Origin: Octopus vulgaris
Taxonomy: Eukaryota
Length of the DNA: 64,000 nucleotides
Reading direction: 5' to 3'
NCBI GenBank assembly: GCA_951406725.2
Contig: OX597815.1
Span: 72,230,001 to 72,294,000 of the forward strand
In this document: positions 52,539-64,000 of the stretch, one piece after another
Position numbering within the stretch: the first letter of the stretch is position 1
Layout of the letters: every line of letters begins with the position of its first letter
Made by a program: the position numbers and the translations under genes
The notes under the pieces: generated by a model
What the model was told of the DNA's origin: nothing
Databases searched by the model: none
What the model saw: only the letters and a program-made list of their open reading frames with translations

Positions 52539-52663
52539 TTTGGTCGAGTCAGTCTCTTGGTACCCTGAATTTTGCCTCTGGGTGCATAGGGTCTTCAGGC
52601 AATGTTACAAGTCTTTGCACCCACGAGCGAAACTCGGGGTAGCAAGAGACTGACTCGACCAAA
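52539..52663. repeat. GC-rich fold-back of about 125 bp (MITE-like hairpin)
   Basis: TTTGGTCGAGTCAGTCTCTTG / CAAGAGACTGACTCGACCAAA is a perfect 21-bp match; pairing continues inward to a loop of about 13 nt. Confidence 0.9.
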
Positions 52664-52743
52664 GCAAAAATACTATTTTCTTCTATGATATAAAGTATTC
52701 TTTCTTCCACCAGTAAATATTAAATGGGTGTATGTATATATAT

Positions 52744-52867
<124 letters not shown>

Positions 52868-53393
52868 CGCAAGAACATAAACACTGATATATAAAACATT
52901 CACACACACACATACGTGTGTATTTATATTGTCATAATTTCTAGTTTAACGTCTGTGCAACCTCAGACCTCAGAGTAGACATAACATAAAACTGAAATAA
53001 AACAAAAAAAAAGAAAGAAAACGAACACGAAAAAAATGAAAAATTATGAAAAAACAGCACAAATAAAAACAAGCACTAGACAATTAATAACCGAATGGTC
53101 CAAGATTCGAAACCTCTATTAAAAGAACCATTCAACTGGACATATCCTCTCATTAAAGTAACCATTTACTAGAATGGTAGCTATTTTACGGTTCAGTGAA
53201 GAGCAGACATCATCGGAGTGGAAATACAGAGAATTTAATGCCACTTTTATTACAAATGGTACTAAACATTCTCTCTTTCCCTAAAGAGCTATTCTATGAT
53301 TGGTCCACATCGTTATATAACTTAACACTCTAAATTAACCGGTTTGCTATTACAATGTCCGATTCTTGCTGGTTCTTCTCTCTGTCTATCGGC

Positions 53394-53455
<62 letters not shown>

Positions 53456-53686
53456 ATCTCTCTTTCTCCGTCTTTCTCTCTCATCTACGTATACAGATAT
53501 ACTAAGTCGGTTATCTATTTCTGTCTCTATAGCACGTATATTTACATGTTTACATACGTACTCAGATACAAAGTTATACGCACTCACAACGCATACATAC
53601 ACGTGTACGTGTGAGAGTTTACAGACAACTATACAAATATACGATATATGATATCTGCGTATTATATATGTGTGTATATATATATA

Positions 53687-53720
<34 letters not shown>

Positions 53721-53770
53721 CTCACCCACATGTATGCGTGTGCATGTACGTATGTACTTACATTCACACA

Positions 53771-53819
<49 letters not shown>

Positions 53820-53891
53820 GTATGTATGCATGTATGTGTATGTGTGTGTGTGTAGATGTATGTACGCATAAGATAGATGGATACATTGAAG

Positions 53892-53933
<42 letters not shown>

Positions 53934-53957
53934 CAGACAGACAAACAGTTGGATATA

Positions 53958-54021
<64 letters not shown>

Positions 54022-54402
54022 TGTAGGTCGGTAGACATACAGACATACATACAACTATGTGTGTGTGTAAGTATGTATGTATATAAATATATATATGCAC
54101 ACTTCTGCATTGCAAACACACATCCATACACACATACACAATTATTCTTCACCTATACTCAATATCAACCAACCCAATATTTTTCATCTCTCCCTCCTCT
54201 TTATCTTCTCTTATTTTGTATCTCTCTCTCTCTCTCTCTTACTTCTCTCTTTCAATCTTTCTATTCCGCGCCCTCTTTATCGCTCGTTTCTCTCTACAAA
54301 AGCCAAGTAAACACTAATTGCTTGTAAACAAATTTTCAAGCTCACTGAAGATTTCGATGAGTTTCGTTGCATATATACTTACGCGTACACTGTGTGTGTG
54401 CT

Positions 54403-54443
<41 letters not shown>

Positions 54444-54725
54444 ACACACATTTAGAAACGTTCATATACACATACATGCTTATATACACACACATACTTA
54501 TACACCTGCATATGTACATGTTTGCACACATACACACAGATATACCGGAACATTTACATAAATTTACCTATCAGCGATTAAAGTGACTTGACTTATGTAG
54601 CAACATTGTAACAAATTGAAAGGAGGGAAAGGCATCCGTTAAAGAAGTTCGATTCTCAAATAAACTTTATTTCCTTCTTTAGAACTTGCTGTGAGCTGTC
54701 GATGGCCCAGAGAACTCAGAATATA

Positions 54726-54926
54726 CAAGAGGGTACTGAAAAGTTCCTGGCTTTAAGAATCTCGCGAAGGGCCTGGCTGGAGGATCAACCTTCCGAGTTC
54801 TTTTAAAGGGGTTACAAACAATGAAGGAATGCTGCAATAAGGGAAATATGTTGAATAAAGTCATAATTAGCTGACCCTCCTGTATTTTCTTCTACCCAAA
54901 GCCAGGAACTTTTCAGTACCCCTTCA
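54726..54926 (+). mobile_element. Mariner-derived MITE
   Basis: TIR GGGTACTGAAAAGTTCCTGGCTTT / AAAGCCAGGAACTTTTCAGTACCC, TA flanks. Confidence 0.88.
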
Positions 54927-55329
54927 TATGATAATCTGTACAACGTTATTGAGTTGTATTTCGTAATGTCCTAAGTTCGAATCCTCTTTGAGGCCGACTT
55001 TGATTTTCATGCTTTCTGGGATGGCAGAAATAAGGCGCAGTGAAATTCTGAGCCACTCCCCAACGTAGATTTCACAACAGAAGTTGTGACCTGTATTAGA
55101 AATAGTTATTAGCATTGTCAAGTCACTGAAACAAGACGATTACATCGACCCCTCTGCTCATCTAGTACTTTATTTTATCGACCCCGATAGAATAAAAGGC
55201 AAATGTAAGACCAGAAGAAATGATACTAAGCATGTTATCAGGTGCACTAATGCTTTTGCCAGCTAACCAGTTTTGGGTTTATATATGATATTATCTGTTG
55301 ATTCCATTCCTAGGTGTTCCCTTCAACGG

Positions 55330-55780
55330 TAGCTCGTTTGCCCTCGAAAGGTAAAGAAAAAATCTGCTTCTAATGGGACACAATTCTCTGTTTTTACATG
55401 TTGAGTCTGGTGGAAGGAACATGCCCATGACATTTGTAGCACCCGTCAAAATTGTAGGGACTATGTTCCAGGAAGAAAGAACTGGGCATAATTGTTAGGC
55501 TAGGGCTGAGCGGGTTGGCAGTACTAAGAGTGATAAGGAGAAAGACAAGTAGGTACTCGAGGGTACTTGGGTGGCAAAGGTACGCGGTCAGCCAGCTCCA
55601 AAGAGTAGAGGTCATTATAGCAGCGATACAAACAACAGGGAGAAGATCCAGAATGCCTGTGGGCCAGAAACTGGAGTGTGACCGTTAGAAATTGAATACC
55701 AACCAGTCGAGTGGCCCTTCTCTGACAAATGCTTAAACATTTTAATTCCATAATGGGTTAATATAGCCAAGCATTAGAAG
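55330..55780 (-). pseudogene. CR1/Jockey-group LINE C-terminal remnant
   Basis: ORF 55524-55751 QRRATRLVG...LQFLAHRH...LYRCYNDLYSLELADRVP. Confidence 0.65.
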
Positions 55781-56410
55781 AGGGAAGGAGATACACGGAG
55801 GTAGTGATGTTCATGCTTTTTATTGAAATGTATTAGTTCTAGAATTAAACGGATTCAACCGAGAATCGAAACCTATTAGCAGAATTATTTCTATTTCTTT
55901 ATGGTTTTATTTATTACCTGTAGAGTTGTTCCAACTGCTCCCTTAATGATACCGGCAAATCAATATGTCTTTATAGGATATTTGGATATTCTTATGTATG
56001 TATTTTTAAACAAAAATTTATATATGGATAACATAAGAAAAAACTGTTGTTACTCCCTCATTGGGATGCCTTCATTAGGATGACATTGAAGAAAATTTCC
56101 TCCTCCATCTTTCAAGTCATATCCTCCACAGAATGATGAGCAAGCGGTTCTCTTGTAATTGGTTTCATTATTGTGACGCAGTGAACGAAATCCGTATTCC
56201 ATGACAACAAAAGTCGCCCGCTTCTTGAAGAGGTTGCTTCACAACAAAATAATGACTTCAATCGTACATAGAAGATAAACATTTGTTTTGTTGTTTTCAT
56301 ATCCTTTTTTCATCTTATGTACATCCATCTAACTCCGTCTCAAACATACATACATACATTCACGCACACATACATACGTACATACATACATACATACATA
56401 CATACATACA

Positions 56411-56444
<34 letters not shown>

Positions 56445-56542
56445 CATATGTATATATGTCTGTGTATATATGTATATATATATGTATGTATATGTGCGTA
56501 TGTGTGTGTATTTATATATTTCTTTTATATTTTATCTTCCTC

Positions 56543-56686
56543 TTGTTTCAGTCTTTAGAATCGACTTCAGTACTTATTTGTAAAGCCTGGTACTTATCTT
56601 ATCGGTTTCTTTTGGTGAACCGCTAAGTTCAAGCTGTGGTGGGGGTCAAACTCAAAGACACACAGATACGTAGACACACACATACA

Positions 56687-56750
<64 letters not shown>

Positions 56751-56966
56751 GTGTGTGTGTCTGTGTGCGTGTGTGCGCGCGCGAGTGTGTGTGTGTGTGT
56801 ATATATACACACACACAACGGGCTTTTTTTCAGTTTCCGCCTATCAAATACACTCACAATGCTTTGATCGGCTCGGGGCTATAGTGGAATATACTTACCC
56901 TAGGTACCACGCAGTGGAACTGAACCCTGAACCATCTAGTTGGGAAACAAGCTCTTTACCATGCCT
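56543..56966 (-). mobile_element. CORE-type SINE, diverged
   Basis: Homology to 34973-35392. Confidence 0.78.
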
Positions 56967-57585
56967 GATAAGAATTTTATGAACTCTCAAGAGAACGTGA
57001 AATAGTCCTTTGGAATTACGGATCTCGAAGCACACATCATACTACAAATAACAGCATGTAATCATTAGGTTGAAAAACCCTGTTTGGATAGAGAAAGTGA
57101 AAAGCTGCTCGTGGGACTCGAACTCCCATCTCCTGTTGATATGACAGACAGCTTTTGACTTTTGCTCTCCGAAAAGGGTTTTTTTTTTATCCCAATATTT
57201 ATTTTTAGCTTTATGTGTGTTTCGATATATATATGTACGAATGTGCATTTGTGTGTGTCTGTGTTTACATATTCGATTAAGGCTGTTCATCTTTGTTTTT
57301 TTTTTCAATTTATGAAGAAATAGGTAAATCTACGTAATAGATTTGTGTGTGTATATGTGTGTGTGCATGTGTGTGTGCGCGCGTGTGTAATCTTTTACTA
57401 TTTCACTTGCTTCGTTCCATGTCCGTGATGAATTATCGTTTTGAAGGATTTAGTCGATCATATCGACTCCACTACATATTTTGAGTCTGCTACTTACTCT
57501 ATCGGCCATTTTTTGTTGAACTGTTAAGTTACGGGGTGTAAAAGAACCAAGACGGTCGTCAAACGGCGTTGGAAAAGACAAACAT

Positions 57586-57620
<35 letters not shown>

Positions 57621-57714
57621 CTCTCTCTTTCTCTCTCTCTATCCCTCTCTCTATCTCTGTCTTTCTCTGTTTGTCTGTCTTTCTCTCTTTCTCTCTGTTT
57701 GTGTGTCGCTTGGT

Positions 57715-57975
57715 TTTCTTTTCTAAAAATTGCAAGCTGGGGAGAACTAGTGCTATCTCTAGCGGGCGAGTATCCACCACCGAAGATGACCATAGAGAGG
57801 TCGAAACCGTGTGGTCTGGTGGTCTCGTGGCTTGAAGATGGTAGGAATTCACTCCCCGGCTTGCAATCTATATCGGGTGCAGACTGCATCGAATAACCGG
57901 CTGGAGTAGGCGTCCTCCTAGGGTTAAAAATAGCACTAACGTCGGTTCCTACAGAACAGCCACGTTTAAGTCCCA
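57715..57975 (-). repeat. Second copy of the 49120-49380 repeat
   Basis: Homologous translations in the ORF track and nucleotide similarity. Confidence 0.85.
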
Positions 57976-58140
57976 CATTCTGTGGATACCCATCTCCACA
58001 GAGTACTTGAAGTTTAAGTTACAACGAAAGGATAACGCTAGCATTGTTGCTTTAATATTCTGTCTGAGTGTGGGATCTTTTGGTCGAATTGTTAACGCGT
58101 CAGGCAAAACTCTTTCAATATTAACTGCAGGCTTTAATAA

Positions 58141-59470
58141 GGCGGCGAGCTGGAAGAAGCGTTAGCACGCTGGAAGAAATGCTTAGTGGTATTTCACCCG
58201 TCGCTACGTTCTAAGTTCAAATTCCGCCGAGGTCGACTCTGTCTTTCATCCTTTCGGGGTCGATGAAATAAGTACCAGTTATGCAGTGAGGTCGATGAAA
58301 TCGACTATCTCCCTCCCCCAAATTTCAGGCCTTGTGCCTATATTAGAAAAGAATATTCTGTCTGAGTTTTAGCACAAAGCCCGCAATTTTGAGGGAAAGT
58401 AAGGGAGAAAGCTTACATCGACTACAAAGCTGAGCTGGTACTTTATTTTATCAACCCGAAATGATGAACTTCAAGGTCAATCTTGGTGGATTTGGACTCA
58501 GAACGTATGAAACTGGAAGAAATGCCACTAAACATGTACACACACATGCACACACACATATACACATATATATTTATACACACACACACGCGACGGGCTT
58601 CTACTAAATTCGCTCACATAGCATTGCTAAACGCTGTGAGGAACCGATGAGGTAACGATTCTTATTTCTTTATTGGCTAAACATAGCGGGGACAAATAAG
58701 GACAGACAAAGGGATTAAGTCGATTACATCGACCCCAGTGTGTAACTGGTACTTAATTTATCGGCCCTGAAAGGATGAGAGGCAAAGTCGACCTCGGTGG
58801 AATTTAAACTCAGAATGTAAAGACAGACGAAATACCTATTTCTTTACTACCCACAAGGGGCTAAACACAGAGAGAGCAAACAAGGACAGACAAACGGATT
58901 AAGTCGATTATAACGACCCCAGTGCGTTGCTGGTACTTATTTAATCGACCCCGAAAGGATGAGAGGCAAAGTCGACCTCGGCGGAATTTGAACTTAGAAC
59001 GAAGCGGCAGACGAAATGCCGCTAAGCATTTCGCCCATCGTGCTAACGTTTCTACCAGCTCGCCGCCTACGATGCGGTAACGATTCTGTCAGTTCAACAC
59101 CTTCAATGGTTTCAAATTTTGGCACAAAGCCAACAATTTTAGGGGAGAGGTCAATTCAATTTCATCATGTTCAACTGATACTCATTTTATCGACCTCGAA
59201 AGGATAAAAGGTAAAGTTGACAACTGTGAAATTTTGAATTAGTATGTAAGGAGCCGCTAATTGTTGGTTTAATGTTAACTCTAGCACGCCAGCCAAAATG
59301 CTTCGCGGCATTTCGTTTGTCTTTACGTTCTGAGTTCAAATTCCACTAAGGTTGGCTTTGCCTTTCATACATTCGGGGTCGATAAGATGAGCTATAGTTG
59401 AGTACGGGAGTCGATGTAATCGACTTAACCCCTCTCCCGACTTGCTGGCCTTGTGTCAAAGTTTGAAATC
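58141..59470. mobile_element. Cluster of Nin/Deu SINEs in both orientations (58141-58354 +, 58370-58530 -, 58662-59067 - dimer, 59100-59260 -, 59280-59470 +)
   Basis: Repeated Nin core on both strands. Confidence 0.85.
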
Positions 59471-59820
59471 AGTACTGATTCTGAATGAAGACAAATCAAA
59501 AACCGCGTTCATTTACGAGAGAAAATGTAGAATGAGCCTCGCAGGCTCATTCATAATAAGTAGCGAATAGAAATCTTCTCAGATATCAACTAACAGTTGT
59601 GTTACCACTGGAGGATGTGGGAGCCCTTAAAAGATAAAATAAAACTGATATTACTCAGGAGCCGTCATAGAACATGCAGAAGGTAATCGAAGTGCAAGGT
59701 GAGCACACTCTTAAGGTGCTCTAAACCTATCCAGATGACAGCCTCTCGGCCCTGTGTTGGTTTGTTGTTCTTATTTCTGTTTGTATGGTGAGTCAAAATC
59801 GTTATCTCTTCTCTCAATTC

Positions 59821-59859
<39 letters not shown>

Positions 59860-59977
59860 ATGTTTTGTCAGCACTATTCTATGACATGTTTGGTAAGGAC
59901 CTTGAGGCCAATAAAGGATCACTATCATCATATGCAGCAGCAGAAGCAACAGCAGCAGCAGCAGTAGCACTAGCAGC

Positions 59978-60029
<52 letters not shown>

Positions 60030-60482
60030 GCAGCAGCAGCAGCAGTATTACCACCACTCCTATCAACACAAGAAATAGTTCTCACTGATTGTTGTTGTTA
60101 CTGTCGTCGGATTTTGATTTAAAAGGAATAATAAAAAAAAAGGTAAAAGGAAAAAAGAAAAGAAAGGAAATAGACGAATTCCTTTGATCTTAATAAAGGT
60201 AAGGAAGATCGTGAACGTCATTTCGTACCATTTCCCTCGGGAAATAATTAACGGACTAAGAAACAGTCGAAGGGAATGGATAAAGCGGAGATATTCTTTA
60301 AAGTTTCGTTGGAGAACAGAGATAGTGGAATACGAAACTAACACAGATGACAAGGAAGTATGGAAAAGAAACGGAGAATCACAATGTAAGTGGATGGGAG
60401 ATGTTAAGAGGAAATGAATATAACGGGGGAGGGGGAGAATTGACTCGAGAGAAAGGGAGGGATTGATACGTGATGTGGAAAA

Positions 60483-60550
<68 letters not shown>

Positions 60551-60637
60551 GTAGATAGATAGATCCGTGAATACATAGATACATAGATTGGTGGATATAT
60601 AATGTAGAGATATATACGTGGATAGATTGATTAAAGA

Positions 60638-60728
<91 letters not shown>

Positions 60729-60757
60729 GATAGATATATATATATATATATATATAT

Positions 60758-60815
<58 letters not shown>

Positions 60816-61093
60816 TAAGTTTGACATGTGTATATATATTACTATATATATATACATGTATGTTACACACATGCTCGCATACCAAGAAAGCAGGATGAAC
60901 CCGCAGAAATATGCAGATCTATTCCTATGTGAGTATATGCGTCAGTATTTGAGCGAGGGAGTGTGAGTGTATTTAATGTGTATATATTTGTATATACAAC
61001 TATGTGTAGGTGTGTATAACATACACACACACACAAACCTAATCCAATTATTCATACACATATACTTATATTTATCTTGACGTTTCCGCCCAT

Positions 61094-61139
<46 letters not shown>

Positions 61140-61172
61140 CTCTCTCAATATATATATATATATATACATACA

Positions 61173-61295
<123 letters not shown>

Positions 61296-61784
61296 AGAGA
61301 GAGAGAGAGAGATTCATGTGTGAGTGCGTGTGAATATATACTTGCATATACATATATATATACATACACATGCACTTTTGTGTGTGAGTTTATACTTATG
61401 TATATATGTACATGTGTGTAAGTATGAATATAATTCTTAACTTTAGAAACGAAATGACAGTAAAATAGTGACATTAGTAAAAACACGAACATTGTGGAAA
61501 GCGAAGGTGGTGGTGGTGGTGGGAGATTTAGAAAGCTAGAATAAAAAGAAAAAGAGAACGTGATGAAGAAGAAAGACAGGAAGAAAAGAGTAGAGAAAGA
61601 AAAAAAACAAATAAGATGAAATATAAAAGAAAACTAAATAAAGATAACAAGCAAGGATTTTATTTTTGAAAATCGATGAAAAATAACAGGAAAAAGAAAA
61701 AGAAAATGTATGTGAAAAATATTTGAAGAAATATACATTTGGCGTCAGTTATGTCAGAAATGGTTAAATGACAAGGTTAGGAAT

Positions 61785-62530
61785 TAGGGAGTGTATAAAG
61801 GAATGGGAAATGTAGAGGTGTTGGCAAGAATGTGGGGGTTGAGAGGTGAGTAGAAACTTGGAAGTGGATAGATATTGGTTTCAATTTTTGGCACAAGGCC
61901 AGCAATTTCTGTGACGGAAGTATAAGTATTGGGAAGTGTATATATGTTGGAAAATGTATAGAAGTTGGTAAGTTTATAAGTGATGGGAAATGGATTGGTG
62001 ACTAGTAGTGCATATGTGTTGAGAAGTGTATAGATCATGGTTAAGTGTATTGAAGATGGGAAGTGTATTGGTTTTGAGAGGATGATAAGCGTATAGAAGT
62101 TGGTAAGTGTATGGATGATCGGAGTTTATTAAATTGGTAGTGTTTAGAAGATAGTCTCTGTATGAATCTGAAAGTGTACACAAGCTAGATTGTGTATGGA
62201 AGATAAGAAGTGAATAGAGATGGTGAATGTATGGAAGCTTGGAAGCGTGTAGAAGTTGGGAAGTGTGCTAAATATAAGGCAGTGTATAGTAGATGAGAAG
62301 TGTATGTTAAAGTATAGAAAATGGAAAGTACTTTGTATAGAAGTTGGAAAATGGATTGAGGACGGGAAATAAAGAAAAGCTGGAATGTAAATAGAGGGCG
62401 GGAGTGTATAGAAAGAAAATGGGAAGTGTATAACTGAAATGATTTGTATAGAATATAACAAAAGTGTATGGAAGATGGGAAATATATAGAAGTTCGGAAG
62501 TGTATAGAAGATAGGAAGCGTATGGAAAAT
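61785..62530. repeat. Degenerate minisatellite of about 18 bp (GGAAGTGTATAGAAGTTG)
   Basis: Recurring GAAGTGTATAGAAG units, strongly purine-biased. Confidence 0.75.
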
Positions 62531-62989
62531 CAGTATATCTGTGAAAGCAAATAAGAGCTAAGAAAATTACATTTGTTAAGCCAATAAAGTTGTCGTAAAA
62601 ACGTCTAAAGGGATTTCCTATCACAATTTAAGTTAATTAGCAGAAAACCTTATATTCTACTTCTTCTAGGTCTTTAGGTTCGCTGCATATGGTACCTAGG
62701 TGTGCTGCAAGGAGTATGTATGTGCCTTACGATATTTATCTAAGTGTGCGGCAAGTAGTATCTCGGTGAGCCACATAGAAAAATTATGTGGGCCGTGCAT
62801 TCTTAAAACATATAAATTAAAGTTTTTGAAAAATTCATATTCGATGCTTGAGCTCCTTAAAAACCATGTTTCATAATTTCGTTATACAGAAATCAGTTTA
62901 ATAAAATGAAATAAACAATCTAATTCCTATATTTTTCACTTAGATTTTTTTTACTTACAACATTCATCTTTTTTCTCGGCCCACTGTTC

Positions 62990-63250
62990 CTGGAAAGGTA
63001 GTGGAGGTAGATTCCTCACGTGCCTCTTCTGTAGGGTCCTAACCGAAGTAACCGTCATTATGCTCTCTTGTTGGATTCCCAAGAATGACCAACCGTGACT
63101 GGATATCATCCAACAACCTTGTTCTTGCTCTACTCCTACGTCTGTTCCGTTTGGCTCAGCTTGAAGAATTCCTCTTAAGATTCTTTCCTGCTACATTCTA
63201 ATCACATATCCGTATAACCGGAATTGTGATTGACCTCTCGATGCAGAGAA
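62990..63250 (-). pseudogene. RTE-like LINE C-terminal remnant
   Basis: Minus strand RILQAEPNGT.RRSRARTRLLDDIQS...LGIQQE resembles the GxRxRGRPRxRWxD tail. Confidence 0.5.
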
Positions 63251-63540
63251 GTAACGATTCAACCTAGTGAGACTCTAATCTCAGATCAACGAACCCTGTC
63301 GAGTAACGTTACTCCAGAGATTCCAAGGAGGAACCTCATTTCGGTTGTTTGTATGTGCGATCGTACTCTTTTGGTCATTATGCAACATTTATGACTGTAG
63401 GTGAGGATAGGCACGAAAAACGATTGTTCGTTTCATTTCCTTGATCTTTAATACGCCAGACACAGCCAAACAGTCTCACACATAAAAAACCTGTTGTTTC
63501 GTTTGATATGATGCGTATACATACATACATACATATATAT

Positions 63541-63679
<139 letters not shown>

Positions 63680-63688
63680 GTAGGTAGG

Positions 63689-63719
<31 letters not shown>

Positions 63720-63720
63720 G

Positions 63721-63782
<62 letters not shown>

Positions 63783-64000
63783 TTGATCTATGCTTGTCTT
63801 TTTCAATGTACATTGTTCGAGGACATTGGTTACTGAATATCTTGTTCCGCTAAATTTTATTAGGCTTGTTTTTAGTGTAGTATCACGTTTGTGATGTGAT
63901 ATAGGTTGAAAAACAACGTATCGAGTTGTGTATACTCGTTGTATAGTCTATATGTTTTAAGTTCTTAATTTGTTGTTCCTAAGGTTTGTGTTGTGTTATC

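Noticed and set aside
59530-59552. Perfect 10-bp hairpin GAATGAGCCT-CGC-AGGCTCATTC
   Set aside because: Isolated, with no CTRR end or other context supporting a function
61785-62530. CRISPR-like periodicity
   Set aside because: Degenerate tandem units without unique spacers, eukaryotic context, no cas genes

Overview
Eukaryotic, gene-poor, repeat-saturated window. The SINE families and the very high microsatellite load point to a cephalopod, most likely Octopus (inference). I found no host protein-coding exon, no true tRNA or rRNA gene and no CRISPR array. Nearly all ORFs in the supplied track are translations of microsatellites. Recognisable content: CORE-type and Nin/Deu-type tRNA SINEs, a 5.3-kb pile-up of R4/Dong-clade (RT + restriction-like endonuclease) non-LTR retrotransposons in (TAA)n, several Tc1/mariner remnants and MITEs, a non-autonomous Helitron, and old RTE, CR1/Jockey and L1-like fragments. 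The most interesting layer is non-coding: about 15 hammerhead-ribozyme (HHR)-like motifs in four architectures. (1) An apparently intact HHR whose three strands are in a non-circularly permuted order (4900-4970), with a sequence-unrelated second example (17215-17269, minus strand). (2) Tandem units of about 300-340 bp with HHRs, resembling retrozymes (5312-5790, 6860-7410, 20230-20770). (3) A tRNA-headed SINE whose 3' tail is an HHR, split by an R4 insertion (29683-32533). (4) Minimal Penelope-type HHR ends. All pairings were read by eye. No folding, alignment or database search was run.
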